Shown here piece by piece: positions 1 to 21,549 of a stretch of DNA of 64,000 bases. A program made the position numbers and the translations under genes. Within the stretch, counting starts at the first letter, position 1; every line of letters starts with the position of its first letter. The stretch is from the human T2T-CHM13v2.0 reference genome, Homo sapiens. The DNA lies in the NCBI RefSeq assembly GCF_009914755.1, contig NC_060928.1. One strand, written 5' to 3'. Below the pieces are notes generated by a model. The model had not been told where the DNA came from, searched no databases, and was given only the letters and a program-made list of their open reading frames with translations.

Positions 1-1190
1 CAAGGAGTCCAGGAATTCTAATTCACACCTGGCCTTCCAGACCTTAACACAAGTATACTTAACACAAGTATACTCCGACCTGGGAAGGAGTATATGGGAA
101 GGAGGATATGACCTTTTATTTAATAGTTCGTTAAGTTGATTTATAACTTTTAAATGTTTAGACTGAAAGTAGACAAACCTCCATTTGTACCTTGCCCTAG
201 TCCTGCAAATGTTGAGGCGTGCCTGCCTAGCAGGAGATGGGAGGTTTCTGGGTCCCATTCCTATGTCCCCATTGATCTGGATGCTCCTCCATTGGCCCCA
301 TGCTTACTTGGGCAGTGGTTGGCAATGTCCCCCAAGGTCTCCCTCTGTTTACAGTTGCCTCTGAGGTAAAGAGTCCCCTCTCAGAACCAGGATGCGGTGG
401 CAAGCTTCTATCTTTCCTAAACCAGATTTTCATTAGTAGCTAAAGTCCTCATCATAGCAGTGGGATAGGAAAGTGGGAGGAGGTAGGAGGCCACTTCAGT
501 GAACACCAGGAGACAGGAACCACTGCTCAGAATGCTCAGCTGCAAGAGAGCTCAGGGGTCTAAGAGAGCCCGTCTGTCTTGCCTTGAGACAGACAGAAAA
601 AGGCAAGACTTTATTTTTATAAGTTAAGACCAATCAGACAGGAAAAATTTTATGAGACCATCCTCAATGGTAAACAGAGGTGGTCAGGGCTCACTACTGA
701 GTGGAAGCCTAGGGGAAAAAATTGGACTTCCATGAAATGTATTGGATGTTAAACCCACTGAGAAAATGCTATACTTGTAGTTAGGTCAAACACGGAATTA
801 GCAAAGTAGACACCAAGATGATTTGCCTCAGCATTCTCAAAGCTTCTTAAATATTTTCTCCTAAAAGTAGACTTATTCTGATGTGCTCAGAATGCCGAGG
901 GACAAGTCAACTAATTCCTCATCACATGGCCACTTCTTTATTATATTTTGGTAGTGGGAGTGCTAAGAGCTTTGTTTTCTCTGGCACTTGGATTTCTATA
1001 AATTACTAGAAATAGCCTGTGGCAGCCAGCCTTTCACTTACTGGGGAGTTAATTGGCTTGTTAGTAAATTATCCAGAATGCTAAGACAACAGCCAGGCCA
1101 GATGAAGAATTTCTGTCTTTGTAGACTGAAACCTCTCTTCCATTTCTTCTGCCTTTGTCAAGATTTAGCTATAGGGAGATACAGAAAGAG

Positions 1191-1217
1191 ACACACACAC
1201 ACACACACACACACACA
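1191..1217. repeat. (AC)n microsatellite
   Basis: Perfect AC run of about 13 units. Confidence 0.95.
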
Positions 1218-4200
1218 GAGAGATGAAACCTTTACAGCCATATTAGAGATGGACTTTGGAGATAAATGCCCTTCTTGGGGGATAAACAACTTTATAAGCC
1301 TTCTTCCTGTTCGTGAAAATTTCAGGGCTTAGAGATTTGTTTTGTACCATCATCATAAGCTGTGCCATCAATGTATCTTTACTTTTCTGAGCTTCAGATA
1401 TAAAACACTGAAATTTATCCAAGTGTTGAATTGCAATTACATTATTCTTTTCTTCAGAAATCCAAGGACTTTATCTTCCTCTCCAAATAATGTAATGTTT
1501 AAGTTATTTTGCTAATAAAAGATTTTCACCACTCTATTTAATGTTATACATGCTGAAGCCCTTGAGGGGAAGTACACTGATGTCTGCAACTTCCTTTGAA
1601 ATACATAAAAAAATAAGATGGATTGGTGAATGCATAGGGGACTGGCTAGCTGGAGAGAACAGTGATAAATCCGGAATAGGAAAATGCTAATTCTAGAATC
1701 TGGGTGTTGGATATGTGAGGGAATCACTGTAAAACTCTTTCATGTTTTTTATATTTTTTATTATTTTCTTAAAAAATGTTAAGTAAAATTTAAAAAGACT
1801 TTTACAAACTCCCTTATTGTGAATAGGCCAACTATTCCCCCAGTCAAAGCATTTGAACTGTTATTAACCTCAAGCTCCATTACACAAATAGCAAGAAACA
1901 AACCAAAAATATTTGAATATTTATGTCTGGTTTAAGATAATTAAAAATGACATTGTGATTTGTCTTTTAATAAAGAAACATTTAACATTTTTATAAGGTC
2001 AAAATATGTAGTGATTTCACACCCTTGAATGATATTCTCAAAGTTATAGTATGGTGTAATATCTTAAAAGCAAGAATTGCTGTAGCAGTAAGGGTTCATC
2101 TTATATATTTTCTTGTATTAGTAACCTGTATAGATTTCCAAAATAATGTAAATCCAGAGAAGTGATAGTCTACATTTCTTCATAAGTTTCCTTTTCCAAT
2201 ATCTAGCCTGCTTTTAATATTTTAATATTTTAAAGCTCACATGTAAATTAAGATTTATAATCATGTATCACTTTCTTTGTTAAATTTAATTATTATATGT
2301 CCATGAAAGATGAAGATTTTATAGACAAACCATCATATATTTTTTATTTCATTAGCATGAGCTTTTCACATCTCTCAACCTAAAAATCATGATAATCTCA
2401 ATTCAACTGGAACATATAAAAGGGAAATTATTTTCAATTCCCCACACACTTTCAAAGTAAAACCTAGGCATAGAAAAACTAAAAGATATACTATGCTCTG
2501 CAGAATGAATTTCTATTTTGTTAAATAAATAATTACTCAATAATTATTTTTCTTAAGATGGCCTTAAACGAATTGAATGGTCTATTAAAAGTTTGATTAG
2601 TGGGAAAAGAAACAGACACCTAAGAAATGAAAGAATATATTTTCTTTGGCTCAAATTTATTAAGAAGAATTGATGTATTTTTTAAATAGCCAAGGTCATT
2701 TCCTTCTCCATTTTTAAAAAATGTCTTTTGCTCACTGAAAGAAAGATTCAGACTTGACAATTTTGTCTGGGGAAGAGAAAATTATACCTACTGAAAAACC
2801 TGATCCAATTAATTTGCCAAGAAGAGTTAGTCAACTAAAACAATACCTCCTGCTCACAGTATCTATATCTTTAAGTGAATAGCTTTATAATACTGAGGAG
2901 TTTGAGAACGAGTTTATATGAGAATGGAAGCCGATCCAACACATGCACATATGAAAATCACACTTGTATCTTGAGGGAGCCACATGCATCCTGAGAAAGG
3001 GAGTATATAGCACCTGCAGGTTAGCACTAATAACATTCATACACTGTACAGACACTAATTACATACAAATTAATAAAAGTGATATAACAGGAAAAGAGAA
3101 TTGTTGTTTAATACTTGTTCCATCTTTATAGCATGAAAGCAGTTCAATCAACTGGGTTTTATTTCTTTTTCACAGTAATTCCTTATCAATGATTTAGAAT
3201 TTCTATAAGGGGCATAAAAATGCTTGCATTTGTACTCATCATTCTATCGGCTCTAACAGGTACTCTGCCTGAAGTTCAGTTTCCTTGGCTTTGACATTCG
3301 CTACAAATGCTGATCTTTGCTGCTTTTCACATTGCCTCGTGCTCTCTGAGGAAGTTTTACCTGAATATAGGTGAAGTTAAAAGCACAAAGTGAGCTTTGT
3401 GCTTATGAGACCACCAGGAACACAGCTAATCTTCCATAAATGATTAAAAACCATGTCTTCCAACAGAAGGGGCACTTGGAGAGAGAGCAACCTGTGAGTG
3501 TTACGCTTCCCAAGATGAGGTTAGGGCTGTTTCTCTTCCTGCAAGTAACAGAGTAAGGGCTGTTAACCTTGTGGGTTTGTCCTCTGGGAAACACTTCACA
3601 GGCACTGTGCGTGTAGTCTCTCAGGGCCAGGTGAGGCTGAAACCACCCAATAACTTCTGTAAAGCCTCGAGAAAGCACATGACAGTTATCCTCAAGCCAG
3701 CAGAATCTTCCCCACAACATTTAGTGTCACTTCTCCAATACAGTGGGTCAGGCTGCAGGACTCGGCTGCAGCTAGCAGTTATGGCTTATGTCAACACTGG
3801 CTGGAATGATATTCCAGCTGGTGGGAGAAATTCAGTATGTGAGAAATTTCAAGGAGTTCAGCTAATATGGCAGAGTAGTTGCTGCAACCATCCCCTTCTG
3901 GTGCAGGGCTTGTCACCATAGCATAGCCCTCTACAAGAAAACAGCTTTTTAGAGTTGAAAACATTCTCAAATCATCTTACTTTGCACCTCTTCCTCTGAT
4001 AGTGGAAGCCAGTGTCATGGCTGCCAGCAGCTACCTGGAGCTGCACATGCGGTGGATGGTCGAACACTAGGACATTGTGCCACATCTTCTGTCAACCCGG
4101 CAGAAACACCGTCTTCCCACATCCACAGCGTCTCATGGAGTAAAATCAATTTCAGGTTGCAGCAATCATCAATGGTGTGGAAGGCCCTCTCCATGTGCCA

Positions 4201-4406
4201 TGTCCATGCAGTAATCTCACTGTCTCAAGTAAGAGGCTGTCAGCCGGAAACATGATCTTCAGCACAGGTTCTAGACACCGCTGTTCTCAGGCCCACTGTG
4301 TTGAAAGATCACTAAGTAATGATTAAGCATTCAAAAATTAGAAGAGCTGAAAAAGGAACATCTATAAGCTTCAGCTGCAAATAGCTCTTGAACACGAAAA
4401 AAACTA

Positions 4407-4568
<162 letters not shown>

Positions 4569-4816
4569 CTATGTCTTCCAATGGTAACCTGTTCAATCCA
4601 GTAAGAGTTTGCCATGAGAAATACTTGGAAATACCAAGCAAGATGGATGTGTCCAGGTCTCAGCTAAATACCTGGTACATAGGCTCCAAGTTGGCACATA
4701 TGCACTGGAAAAGACTGTGTTTATATATGCTTTATATTTCTCCAATTGTCAAATACTTTACGATTTTCAGTTTTTAAAAACTGTTTATATCTTCTTTGCT
4801 CCTTAGCATGGTCACT

Positions 4817-9137
<4,321 letters not shown>

Positions 9138-9203
9138 GAGCTGAATTTGGGAAGCAGCTGCCTGCTATGCTGAAAACCCCTGGAAACTTGCTAAATTGCT
9201 GTG
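9138..9203 (+). other. 66-bp non-L1 segment inside the TSDs of element B (putative 5' transduction)
   Basis: Lies between the left TSD (9126-9137) and L1 5'UTR GAACAGCTCCGG at 9204; no resemblance to the 5' ends of C or D. Confidence 0.75.
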
Positions 9204-10202
9204 GAACAGCTCCGGTCTACAGCTCCCAGGGTGAGTGATGCAGAAGATAGGTGATTTCTGCATTTCCATCTGAGGTACCGGGTTCATCTCACTAGGGAGT
9301 GCCAGACAGTGGGTGCAGGAGAGTGGGTGCAGCGCAGCGTGCATGAGCTGAAGCAGGGTGAGGCATTGCCTGACTCGGGAAATGCAAGGGGTCAGGAAGT
9401 TCCCTTTCCTAGTCAAAGAAAGGGGTGACAGACGGCACCTGGAAAATTGGGTCACTCCTGCCCTAATACTGTGCTTCTCCGACAGCCTTAAAAAATGGCA
9501 CACCAGGAGATTATATCCTGCACCTGGTTCAGAGGGTCCTACGCCCATGGAGTCTCACTGATTGCTAGCACAGCAGTCTGAGATCAAACTGCAAGGTGGC
9601 AGCGAGGCTGGGGGAGGGGCACCCGCCATTGCCCAGGCTTGCTTAGGTAAACAAAGCAGCTGGGAAGCTCCAACTGGGTGGAGCCCACCACAGCTCAAGG
9701 AGGCCTGCCTGCTTCTGTAGGCTCCACCTCTGGGGGCAAGGCACAGACAAACAAAAAGACCTCTGCAAACTTAAATGTCCCGTCTGACAGCTTTGAAGAG
9801 AGCAGTGGTTCTCCCAGCACACACCTGGAGATCTGAGAATGGGCAGACTGCCTCCTCAAGTGGGTCCCTGACCCCTGACCCACGAGTAGCCTAACTGGGA
9901 GGCACCCCCCAGTAGGGGCAGACTGACACCTCACACGGCCAGGTACTCCTCTGAGACAAAACTTCCAGAGGAACGATCAGACAGCAGCATTCACGGTTCA
10001 TGAAAATCTGCTGTTCTGCAGCCAGCGCTGCTGTTACCCAGGCAAACAGGGTCTGGAGTGGACCTCTAGCAAACTCCAACACACCTGCAGCTGAGGGTCC
10101 TGTCTGTTAGAAGGAAAACTAACAAACAGAAAGGACATCCACACCAAAACCCCATCTGTACATCACCATCATCAAAGACCAAAAGTAGATAAAACCACAA
10201 AG

Positions 10203-11218
10203 ATGGGGAAAAAACAGAGCAGAAAAACTGGAAACTCTAAAATGCAGAGCACCTCTCCTCCTCCAAAGGAATGCAGTTCCTCACCAGCAATGGAACAAAG
10301 CTGGATGGAGAATGACTTTAACGAGTTGAGAGAAGAAGGCTTCAGATGATCAAACTACTCCGAGCTACAGGAGGAAATTCAAACCAAAGGCAAAGAAGTT
10401 GAAAACTTTGAAAAAAATTTAGAATAATGTATAACTAGAATAACCAATACAGAGAAGTGCTTAAAGGAGGTGATGGAGCTGAAAGCCAAGGCTTGAGAAC
10501 TACGTGAAGAATGCAGAAGCTTCAGGAGCCAATGCGATCGACTGGAAGAAAGGGTATCAGTGATGGAGGATGAAATGAATGAAATTAAATGAGAAGGGAA
10601 GTTTAAAGAAAAAAGAATAAAAAGAAATGAACAAAGCCTCCAAGAAATATGAGACTATGTGAAAAGACCAAATCTATGTCTGATTGGTATACCTGAAAGT
10701 GACAGGGAGAATGGAACCAAGTTGGAAAACACTCTGCAGGATATTATCCAGGAGAACTTCCCCAATCTAGCAAGGCAGACCAAAATTCAGATTCAGGAAA
10801 TACAGAGAATGCCACAAAGATACTCCTCGAGAAGAGCAACTCCAAGACACATAATTGTCAGGTTCACCAAAGTTGAAATGAAGGAAAAAATGATAAGGGC
10901 AGCCAGAGAGAAAGGTCGGGTTACCCACAAAGGGAAGCCCATCAGACTAATAGTGGGTCTTTTGGCAGAAACTCTACAAGCCAGAAGAGAGTGGGGGCCA
11001 ATATCCGACATTCTTAAAGAAAAGATTTTCAACCCAGAATTTGATATCCAGCCAAACTAAGCTTCATAAGTGAAGGAGAAATAAAATCCTTTACAGACAA
11101 GCAAAGGCTGAGAGATTTTGTCACCACTAAGCCTGCCCTAAAAGAGATCCTGAAGGAAGCACTAAACATGGAAAGGAAAAACCGGTACCAGCCTCTGCAA
11201 AATTATGCCAAATTGTAA
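10203..11218 (+). pseudogene. Disrupted L1 ORF1 of element B
   Basis: ATGGGGAAAAAACAG start; ORF1 peptide KRPNL...IQENFPNLARQ in 10659-11060; internal stops and a frameshift. Confidence 0.9.
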
Positions 11219-11266
11219 AGACCATCGAGACTAGGAAGAAACTGCATCAACTAACGAGCAAAATAA

Positions 11267-15120
<3,854 letters not shown>

Positions 15121-15349
15121 ACAATGAGAGCACATGGACACAGGAAGGGGAACATCACACTCTGAGGACTGTTGTGGGGTGGGGGGGGGGGGAGGGATAG
15201 CATTAGGAGATATACCTAATGCTAAATGACAAGTTAATGGGTGCAGCACACCAACAAGGCACATGTATACATATGTAACTAACCTGCACACTGTGCACAT
15301 GTACCCTAAAACTTAAAGTATAATAATAATTAAAAAAAATTTTAAAAAA

Positions 15350-16584
15350 AAGAATGTTGAATATTGGCCTGGACTCTCTTCTGGCTTGTAGAGTTTCTGC
15401 CAAGAGACCCACTGTTAGTCTGATGGGCTTCCGTTTGTGGGTAACCTGACCTTTCTCTCTGGCTGCCCTTAACATTTTTTCCTTCATTTCAACTTCGGTG
15501 AATCTGACAATTATATGTCTTGGAGTTGCTCTTCTCGAGGAGTATCTTTGTGGTGTTCTCTGTATTTCCTGAATTTCAATGTTGGCCTGCCTTGCTAGAT
15601 TGGGGAAGTTCCCCTGGATAATATCCTGCAGAGTGTTTTCCAACTTGGTTCCATTCTCCCCATCACTTTCAGGTACACCAATCAGATGTAGATTAGGTCT
15701 TTTCACATAGTCCCATGTTTCCTGGAGGCTTTGTTCATTTCTTTTTATTCTTTTTTCTCTAAACTTCTCTTCTCACTTCATTTCATTCATTTGATCTTCC
15801 ATCACTGATACCCCTTCTTCCAGTTGATCGAATCAGCTACTGAGGCTTGTGCATTCATCATGTAGTTTTTGTGCCATGGTTTTCAGCTCTGTCAGGTCCT
15901 TTAAGGACTTCTCTGCATTGGTTATTCTACTTAGCCATTCGTCTAAACTTTTTTCAAGGTTTTTAACTTCTTTGCCATGGGTTCGAACTTCCTCCTTTAG
16001 CTTGGAGTAGTTTGATCATCTGAAGCCTTCTCTCAACTCATCAAAATCATTCTCCATCTAGCTTGTTCTGTTGCTGGTGAGGAACTGCATTCCTTTGGAG
16101 GAGGAGGCTCTCTGATTTTTAGAGTTTTCACTTTTCCTGTTCTGTTTTATCCCCATCTTTGTGGTTTTATCTACCTTTGGTCTTTGATGATGCTGATGTA
16201 CAGATGGGGTTTTGGTGTGGATGTCCTTTCTGTTTGTTAGTTTTCCTTCTAACAGTCAAGGCCCTCAGCTCCAGATCTGTTGGAATTTGCCAGAGGTCCA
16301 CTCCAGACCCTGTTTGCCTGGGTATCAGCAGCGGAGGCTGCAGAACAGCTGATATTGGTGAACAGCAAATGTTGCTCCCTGATTGTTCCGCTGGAATTTT
16401 TGTCTCAGAGGAGTACCCGGCCATGTGAGGTGTCAGTCTGCCCCTACTGAGGGGTGCCTCCCAATTAGGCTACTCAACGGTCAGGGACCCACTTGAGGAG
16501 ACAGTCTGTCCATTCTCAGATCTCCAGGTGTGTGCTGGGAGAACCACTGCTCTCTTCAAAGCTGTCAGACAGGGACATTTAAGT
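15350..16584 (-). mobile_element. L1 element A, 5' part (ORF1 and distal half of 5'UTR)
   Basis: Resumes where A stopped at 9137 (AAGAATGTTGAATATTGG); ORF1 peptide in minus ORF 15203-15706; ends mid-5'UTR at ...GACATTTAAGT. Confidence 0.93.
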
Positions 16585-19500
16585 GCCACTATAAACATAC
16601 ATATCATGTGTCTTTATAGTAGCATGATTTATAATCCTTTGGGTATATACCCAGCAATGGGATGGCCGGATCAAATTGTATTTCTAGTTCTAGATCCTTG
16701 AGGAATCGCCACACTGTCTTCCACAATGGTCAAACTATTTTACACTCCCACCAACAGTGTAAAACCATTCCTACTTCTCCACGTATTCTCCAGCATCTGT
16801 TGTTTCCTGACTTTTTAATGATCGCCATTCTATCTGGCATGAGATGGTATCTAATTGTGGTTTTGATTTGCATTTCTCTGATGACCAGTGATGATGAGCA
16901 TTTTTTCATGTGTCTGTTGGCTGCATAAATGTCTTCTTTTGAGAAGTGTCTGTTCATATCCTTTGCCCACTTTTTGATGGGGTTGTTTCTTTTCTTGTAA
17001 ATTTGTGTAAGTTATTTATAGATTCTGGATATTAGCCCTTTGTCAGATAGGTAGATTGTAACAACTTTCTCCCTTTCTGTAGGTTGCCTATTCACTCTGA
17101 TGGTAGTTTCTTTAGCTGTGAAGAAGCTCTTTAGTTTAATTACATCCCATTTGTCAATTTTGGCTTTTGTTGCCATTGCTTTTGGTGTTTTAGTCATGAA
17201 GTCTTTGCCCATGCCTATAGCCTGAATGGTATTGCCTAGGTTTTCTTCTAGGGTTTTTATGGTTTTAGGTCTAACATTTAAGTCTTTAATCCATCTTGAA
17301 TTAATTTTTGTATAAGGTGTAAGGAAGGGATCCAGTTTCAGCTTTCTACTTAAGGCTAGCCAGTCTCCCCAGCACCATTATTAAACAGGGAATCCTTTCC
17401 CAATTTCTTGTTTTTGTCAGGCTTGTCAAAGATCAGATGGTTGTAGATGTGTGGTGTTACTTCTGAGGCCTCTGTTCTCTTCCATTGGTCTATATATCTG
17501 TTTTGGTACAGGTACCATGCTGTTTTGGTGACTGTAGCCTTGTAGTATAGCTTGAAGTCAGGTAGCATGATGCCTCCAGCTTTGTTCTTTTTTCTTAGGA
17601 TTGTCTTGGCAATGCAGGCCCTTTTTTGGTTCCATACAAACTTTAAAATAGTCTATTGAGATAATCATGTGGTTTTTGTCATCAGTTCTGTTTATGTGAT
17701 GGATTATGTTTATTGATTTGCATATGTTCAATCAGCCTTGCATCCCAGGGATGAAGCTGACTTGATCATGGTGAATAAACTTTTTGTTGTGCTACTGGAT
17801 TCAGTTAGCCAGTATTTTATTGAGGATTTTCACATTCATGTTCATCAGGGATATCGGTCTAAAATTCTCTTTTATTGTTGTGTCTCTGCCAGGCTTTGGT
17901 ATCAGGATAACGCTGGCCTTGTAAAATGAGTTAGGGAGGATTCCCTCTTTTTCTATTGATTGGAATAGTTTCAGAAATAATGGTACCAGCTCCTCTTTGT
18001 ACCTCTGGTGGAATTTGGCTGTGAATCCATCTGGTCCTGGACTTTTTTGGGTTGGTAGGCTATTAATTATTGCCTCTATTTCAGAGCCTATTATTGGTCT
18101 ATTCAGAGATTCAACTTCTTCGTGGTTTAGTCTTGGGAGGGTGTATGTGTCCAGGAATTTATCCATTTCGTCTAGATTTTCTAGTTTATTTGCATAGTGG
18201 TGTTTATAATATTCTCTGATGGTAGTTTGTATTTCTGTGTGATCGGTGGTGATATCCCCTTTATCATTTTTTACTGTGTCTATTTGATTCTTCTCTCTTT
18301 TCTTCTTTTTAGCCTTGAGAGTAGTCTATCAATTTTATTGATCTTTTCCAAAAGCCAGCTCCTGGATTCATTGATTTTTTTAAAAGATTTTTTTGTGTCT
18401 CTATTTCCTTCAGTTCTGTTCTGATCTTAATTATTTCTTGCCTTCTGCTAGCTTTTGAATTTGTTTGCTCTTGCTTCTCTAGTTCTTTCAATTGTGATGT
18501 TAGGGTGTTGATTTTAGATCTTTCCTCCTTTCTCTTGTGGGCACTTAGTGCTATAAATTTCCCCTACACACTGCTTTAAATGTGTCCCAGAGATTCTCGT
18601 ACATTGTGTCTTTGTTCTCATTGGTTTCAAAGAACATCTTTATTTCTGCCGTCATTTCATTATGTACCCAGTAGTCATTCAGGAGCAGGTTGTTCAGTTT
18701 CCATGTAGTTGTGCAGTTTTAAGTGAGTTTCTTTATCCTGAGCTGACATTTGATTGTGCTGTGGTCTGAGAGACAGTTTGTTATAATTTCTGTTCTTTTA
18801 CATTTGCTGAGGAGTGCTTTACTTCCAACTATGTGGTCAATTTTGGAATAAGTGTGATGTGGTGCTAAGAAGAATGTATATTCTGTTGATTTGGGGTGGA
18901 GAGTTCTGTAGATGTCTATTAGGTCTGCTTGGTGCAGAGCTGAGTTCAGGTGCTGGATATCCTTGTTAACCTTCTGTCTCATTGATCTATCTGATATTGA
19001 CAGTGGGGTGTTAAATCTCTGATTATTATTGTGTGGGAGTCTAAGTCTTTTTGTAGGTCTCTAAGGACTGGTTGTATGAGTCTGGATGCTCCTGTATTGG
19101 GTGCATATATTTTTAGGATAGTTAGCACTTCTTGTTGAATTGATCCTTTTACCTCATGTAATGGCCTTTGTCGCTTTCGATCTTTGTTGGTTTAAAGTCT
19201 GTTTTATCAGAGACTAGGATTGTAACCCCTGCCTTTTTTTGCTTTCCATTTGCGTGGTAGATCTTCCTCCATCCCTTTCTTTTGAGTCTATGTGTGTCTT
19301 TGCTTGTGAGATAGCTCTCCTGAATACAGTACACTGATGGGTCTTGACTCTTTATCCAATTTGCCAGTCTGTGTCTTTTAATTGGGGCATTTAGCTCATT
19401 TACATTTAAAGCTAATATTGTTATGCAAGAATTTGATCCTGTCATTATGATGTTAGGTGTTTTGTTTGCCTGTTAGTTTATGCAGTTTCTTCCTAGCCTC

Positions 19501-21545
19501 AATGGTCTTTACAATTTGGCATGTTTTTGCAGTGGCTGGTACCAGTTTTTCCTTTCCATGTTTAGTGCTTCCTTCAGGAGCTCTTGTAAGGCAGGCCTGC
19601 TGGTGACAAAATCTCTCAGTATTTGCTTGTCTGTGAAGGATTTTATTTCTCCTTCACTTATGAAGCTTAGTTTGGCTGGATATTTAATTCTGGGTTGAAA
19701 ATTCTATTCTTTAAGAATGTTGAATATTCACCCCCACTCTCTTCTGGCTTGTAGAGTTTCTGCTGAGAGATCAGCTGTTAGTCTGATGGGCTTTCCTTTG
19801 TTGGTAACCCAACCTTTCTCTCTGGCTGCCCTTAACATTTCTTCCTTCATTTCAACTTTGGTGAATCTGATAATTATGTGTCTTGGGGTTGCTCTTCTCG
19901 AGGAGTATCTTTATGGTGTTCTCTGTATTTCCTGAATTTGCATGTTGGCCTGCCTTTCTAGGTTGGGGAAGTTCTCCTGGATAATATCCCACAGAGTGTT
20001 TTGCAACTTGGTTCCATTCTCCCTGTCACTTTCAGGTACACCAATCAAATGTAGATTTGGTCTTTTCACATAGTCCCATATTTCTTGGAGGGTTTTTTCA
20101 ATTCTTTTTACTCCTTTTTCTCTAAACTTGTTTTCTTGCTTTATTTCATTAATTTGATCTTCAATCACTGATATATTTCCTTGCACTTGATTGAATCAGC
20201 TATTGAACCTTCTGCATGCTTCATGTAGTTCTCATTCCATGGTTTTCAGCTCCATTAGGTCATTTAAGGTCTTCTCTACACTGTTTATTCTAGTTAGCCA
20301 TTCTTCTAACCTTTATCAAGGTTTTATCTTCCTTGTGATAGGTTCGAACATCCTCCTTTAGCTCAGAGAATTTTGTTATTACCAACCTTCTGAAGCCTAC
20401 TTCTGTCAGCTTGTCAAAGTCATTCTCCATCCAGCTTTGTTCCATTGCTGGTGAGGAGCTGCGACCCTTTGGAGGAGGAGAAGAGGAGCTCTGATTTTTA
20501 GAATTTTCAGCTTTTCTCCTCTGGTTTCTCCCCATCTTTGTGGATTTATCTACATTTGGTCTTTGATGTTGGTGACCTACAGATGGGGTTTTGATGTGGA
20601 TGTGGATGTCCTTTTTGTTGATCTTGTTGCTATTCCTTTCTGTTTGTTAGTTTTCCTTCTAACAGTCAGGTCCCTCAACTGCAGGTCTGTTGGAGTTTGC
20701 TGGAGTTCCACAGCCTTGGTACCACCAGCCAAGGCTGCAGGGCAGCAAATATTGCAGAACAGCAAATATTGCTTCCTGATCCTTTCTCTGGAAGTTTCAT
20801 CCCAGAGGGGCACCCGTGTGTGTGAGGTGTCAGTGGGCCCCTACTGGGAGATGTCTCCCAGTTAGGCCACATGGGGTTCAGGGACCCACTTGAGGAGGCA
20901 GTCTGTTCTCTGAGCTCAAACGCCATGCTGGGAGAACCACTGCTCTCTTCAGAGCTGTCAGACAGGGATGTTTAAGTCTCCAGAAATTTCTGCTGCCTTT
21001 TGTTCAGCTATGCCCAGCCCCCAGAGATGGAATCTACAGAGGCAGCCAGCCTTGCTGAGCTGAGGTGAGCTCCCCCCAGTTCAAGCTTCCCTGGCTGTTT
21101 TGCTTACCTACTCAAGCCTCATCAATGGAGGACGCCCCTCCCCTGCTGCTGCCTTGCACGTTGATCTCAGACTGCTGCCCAAGCAGTGAGCAAGGCTCCG
21201 TGGGTGTGGAACTCATGGACCTGGGCATGGGATATAATCTCCTGGTGTGTCATTTGCTAAGACCATTGGAAAAGCACAGTATTTGGATGGGAGTGTCCCA
21301 TTTTTCCAGGTACTGTCTGTCATGGCTTCCCTTGGCTAGGAAAGGGAAATCCCCCATCCCCTTGCACTTCCTAGGTGAGTCGACACCCCGCCCTGATTTG
21401 GCTCACCCTCCGTGGGCTGCACCCACTGTCCAACCAGTCCCAATGAGACAAACCAGGTACCTCAGTTGGAAATGCATAAATCACCCATCTTCTGCTCAAT
21501 CATGCTGGGAGCTGAAGACCAGAGCTGTTCCTATTTGGCCATCTT
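16582..21545 (-). mobile_element. L1 element C, L1PA7-like; 5' end intact, 3' end missing, internal ORF2 deletion
   Basis: 5' end ...CTATTTGGCCATCTT at about 21545; ORF1 and ORF2 fragments; about 730 bp missing at 17652 relative to A; no 3'UTR or tail. Confidence 0.92.
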
Positions 21546-21549
21546 TAGT

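Noticed and set aside
43-72. 15-bp tandem duplication CTTAACACAAGTATA x2
   Set aside because: An ordinary slippage duplication with no wider structure.
154-1727. Short ORFs in the left unique region
   Set aside because: They show no recognisable domains, their lengths are expected by chance, and one runs through the AC repeat.
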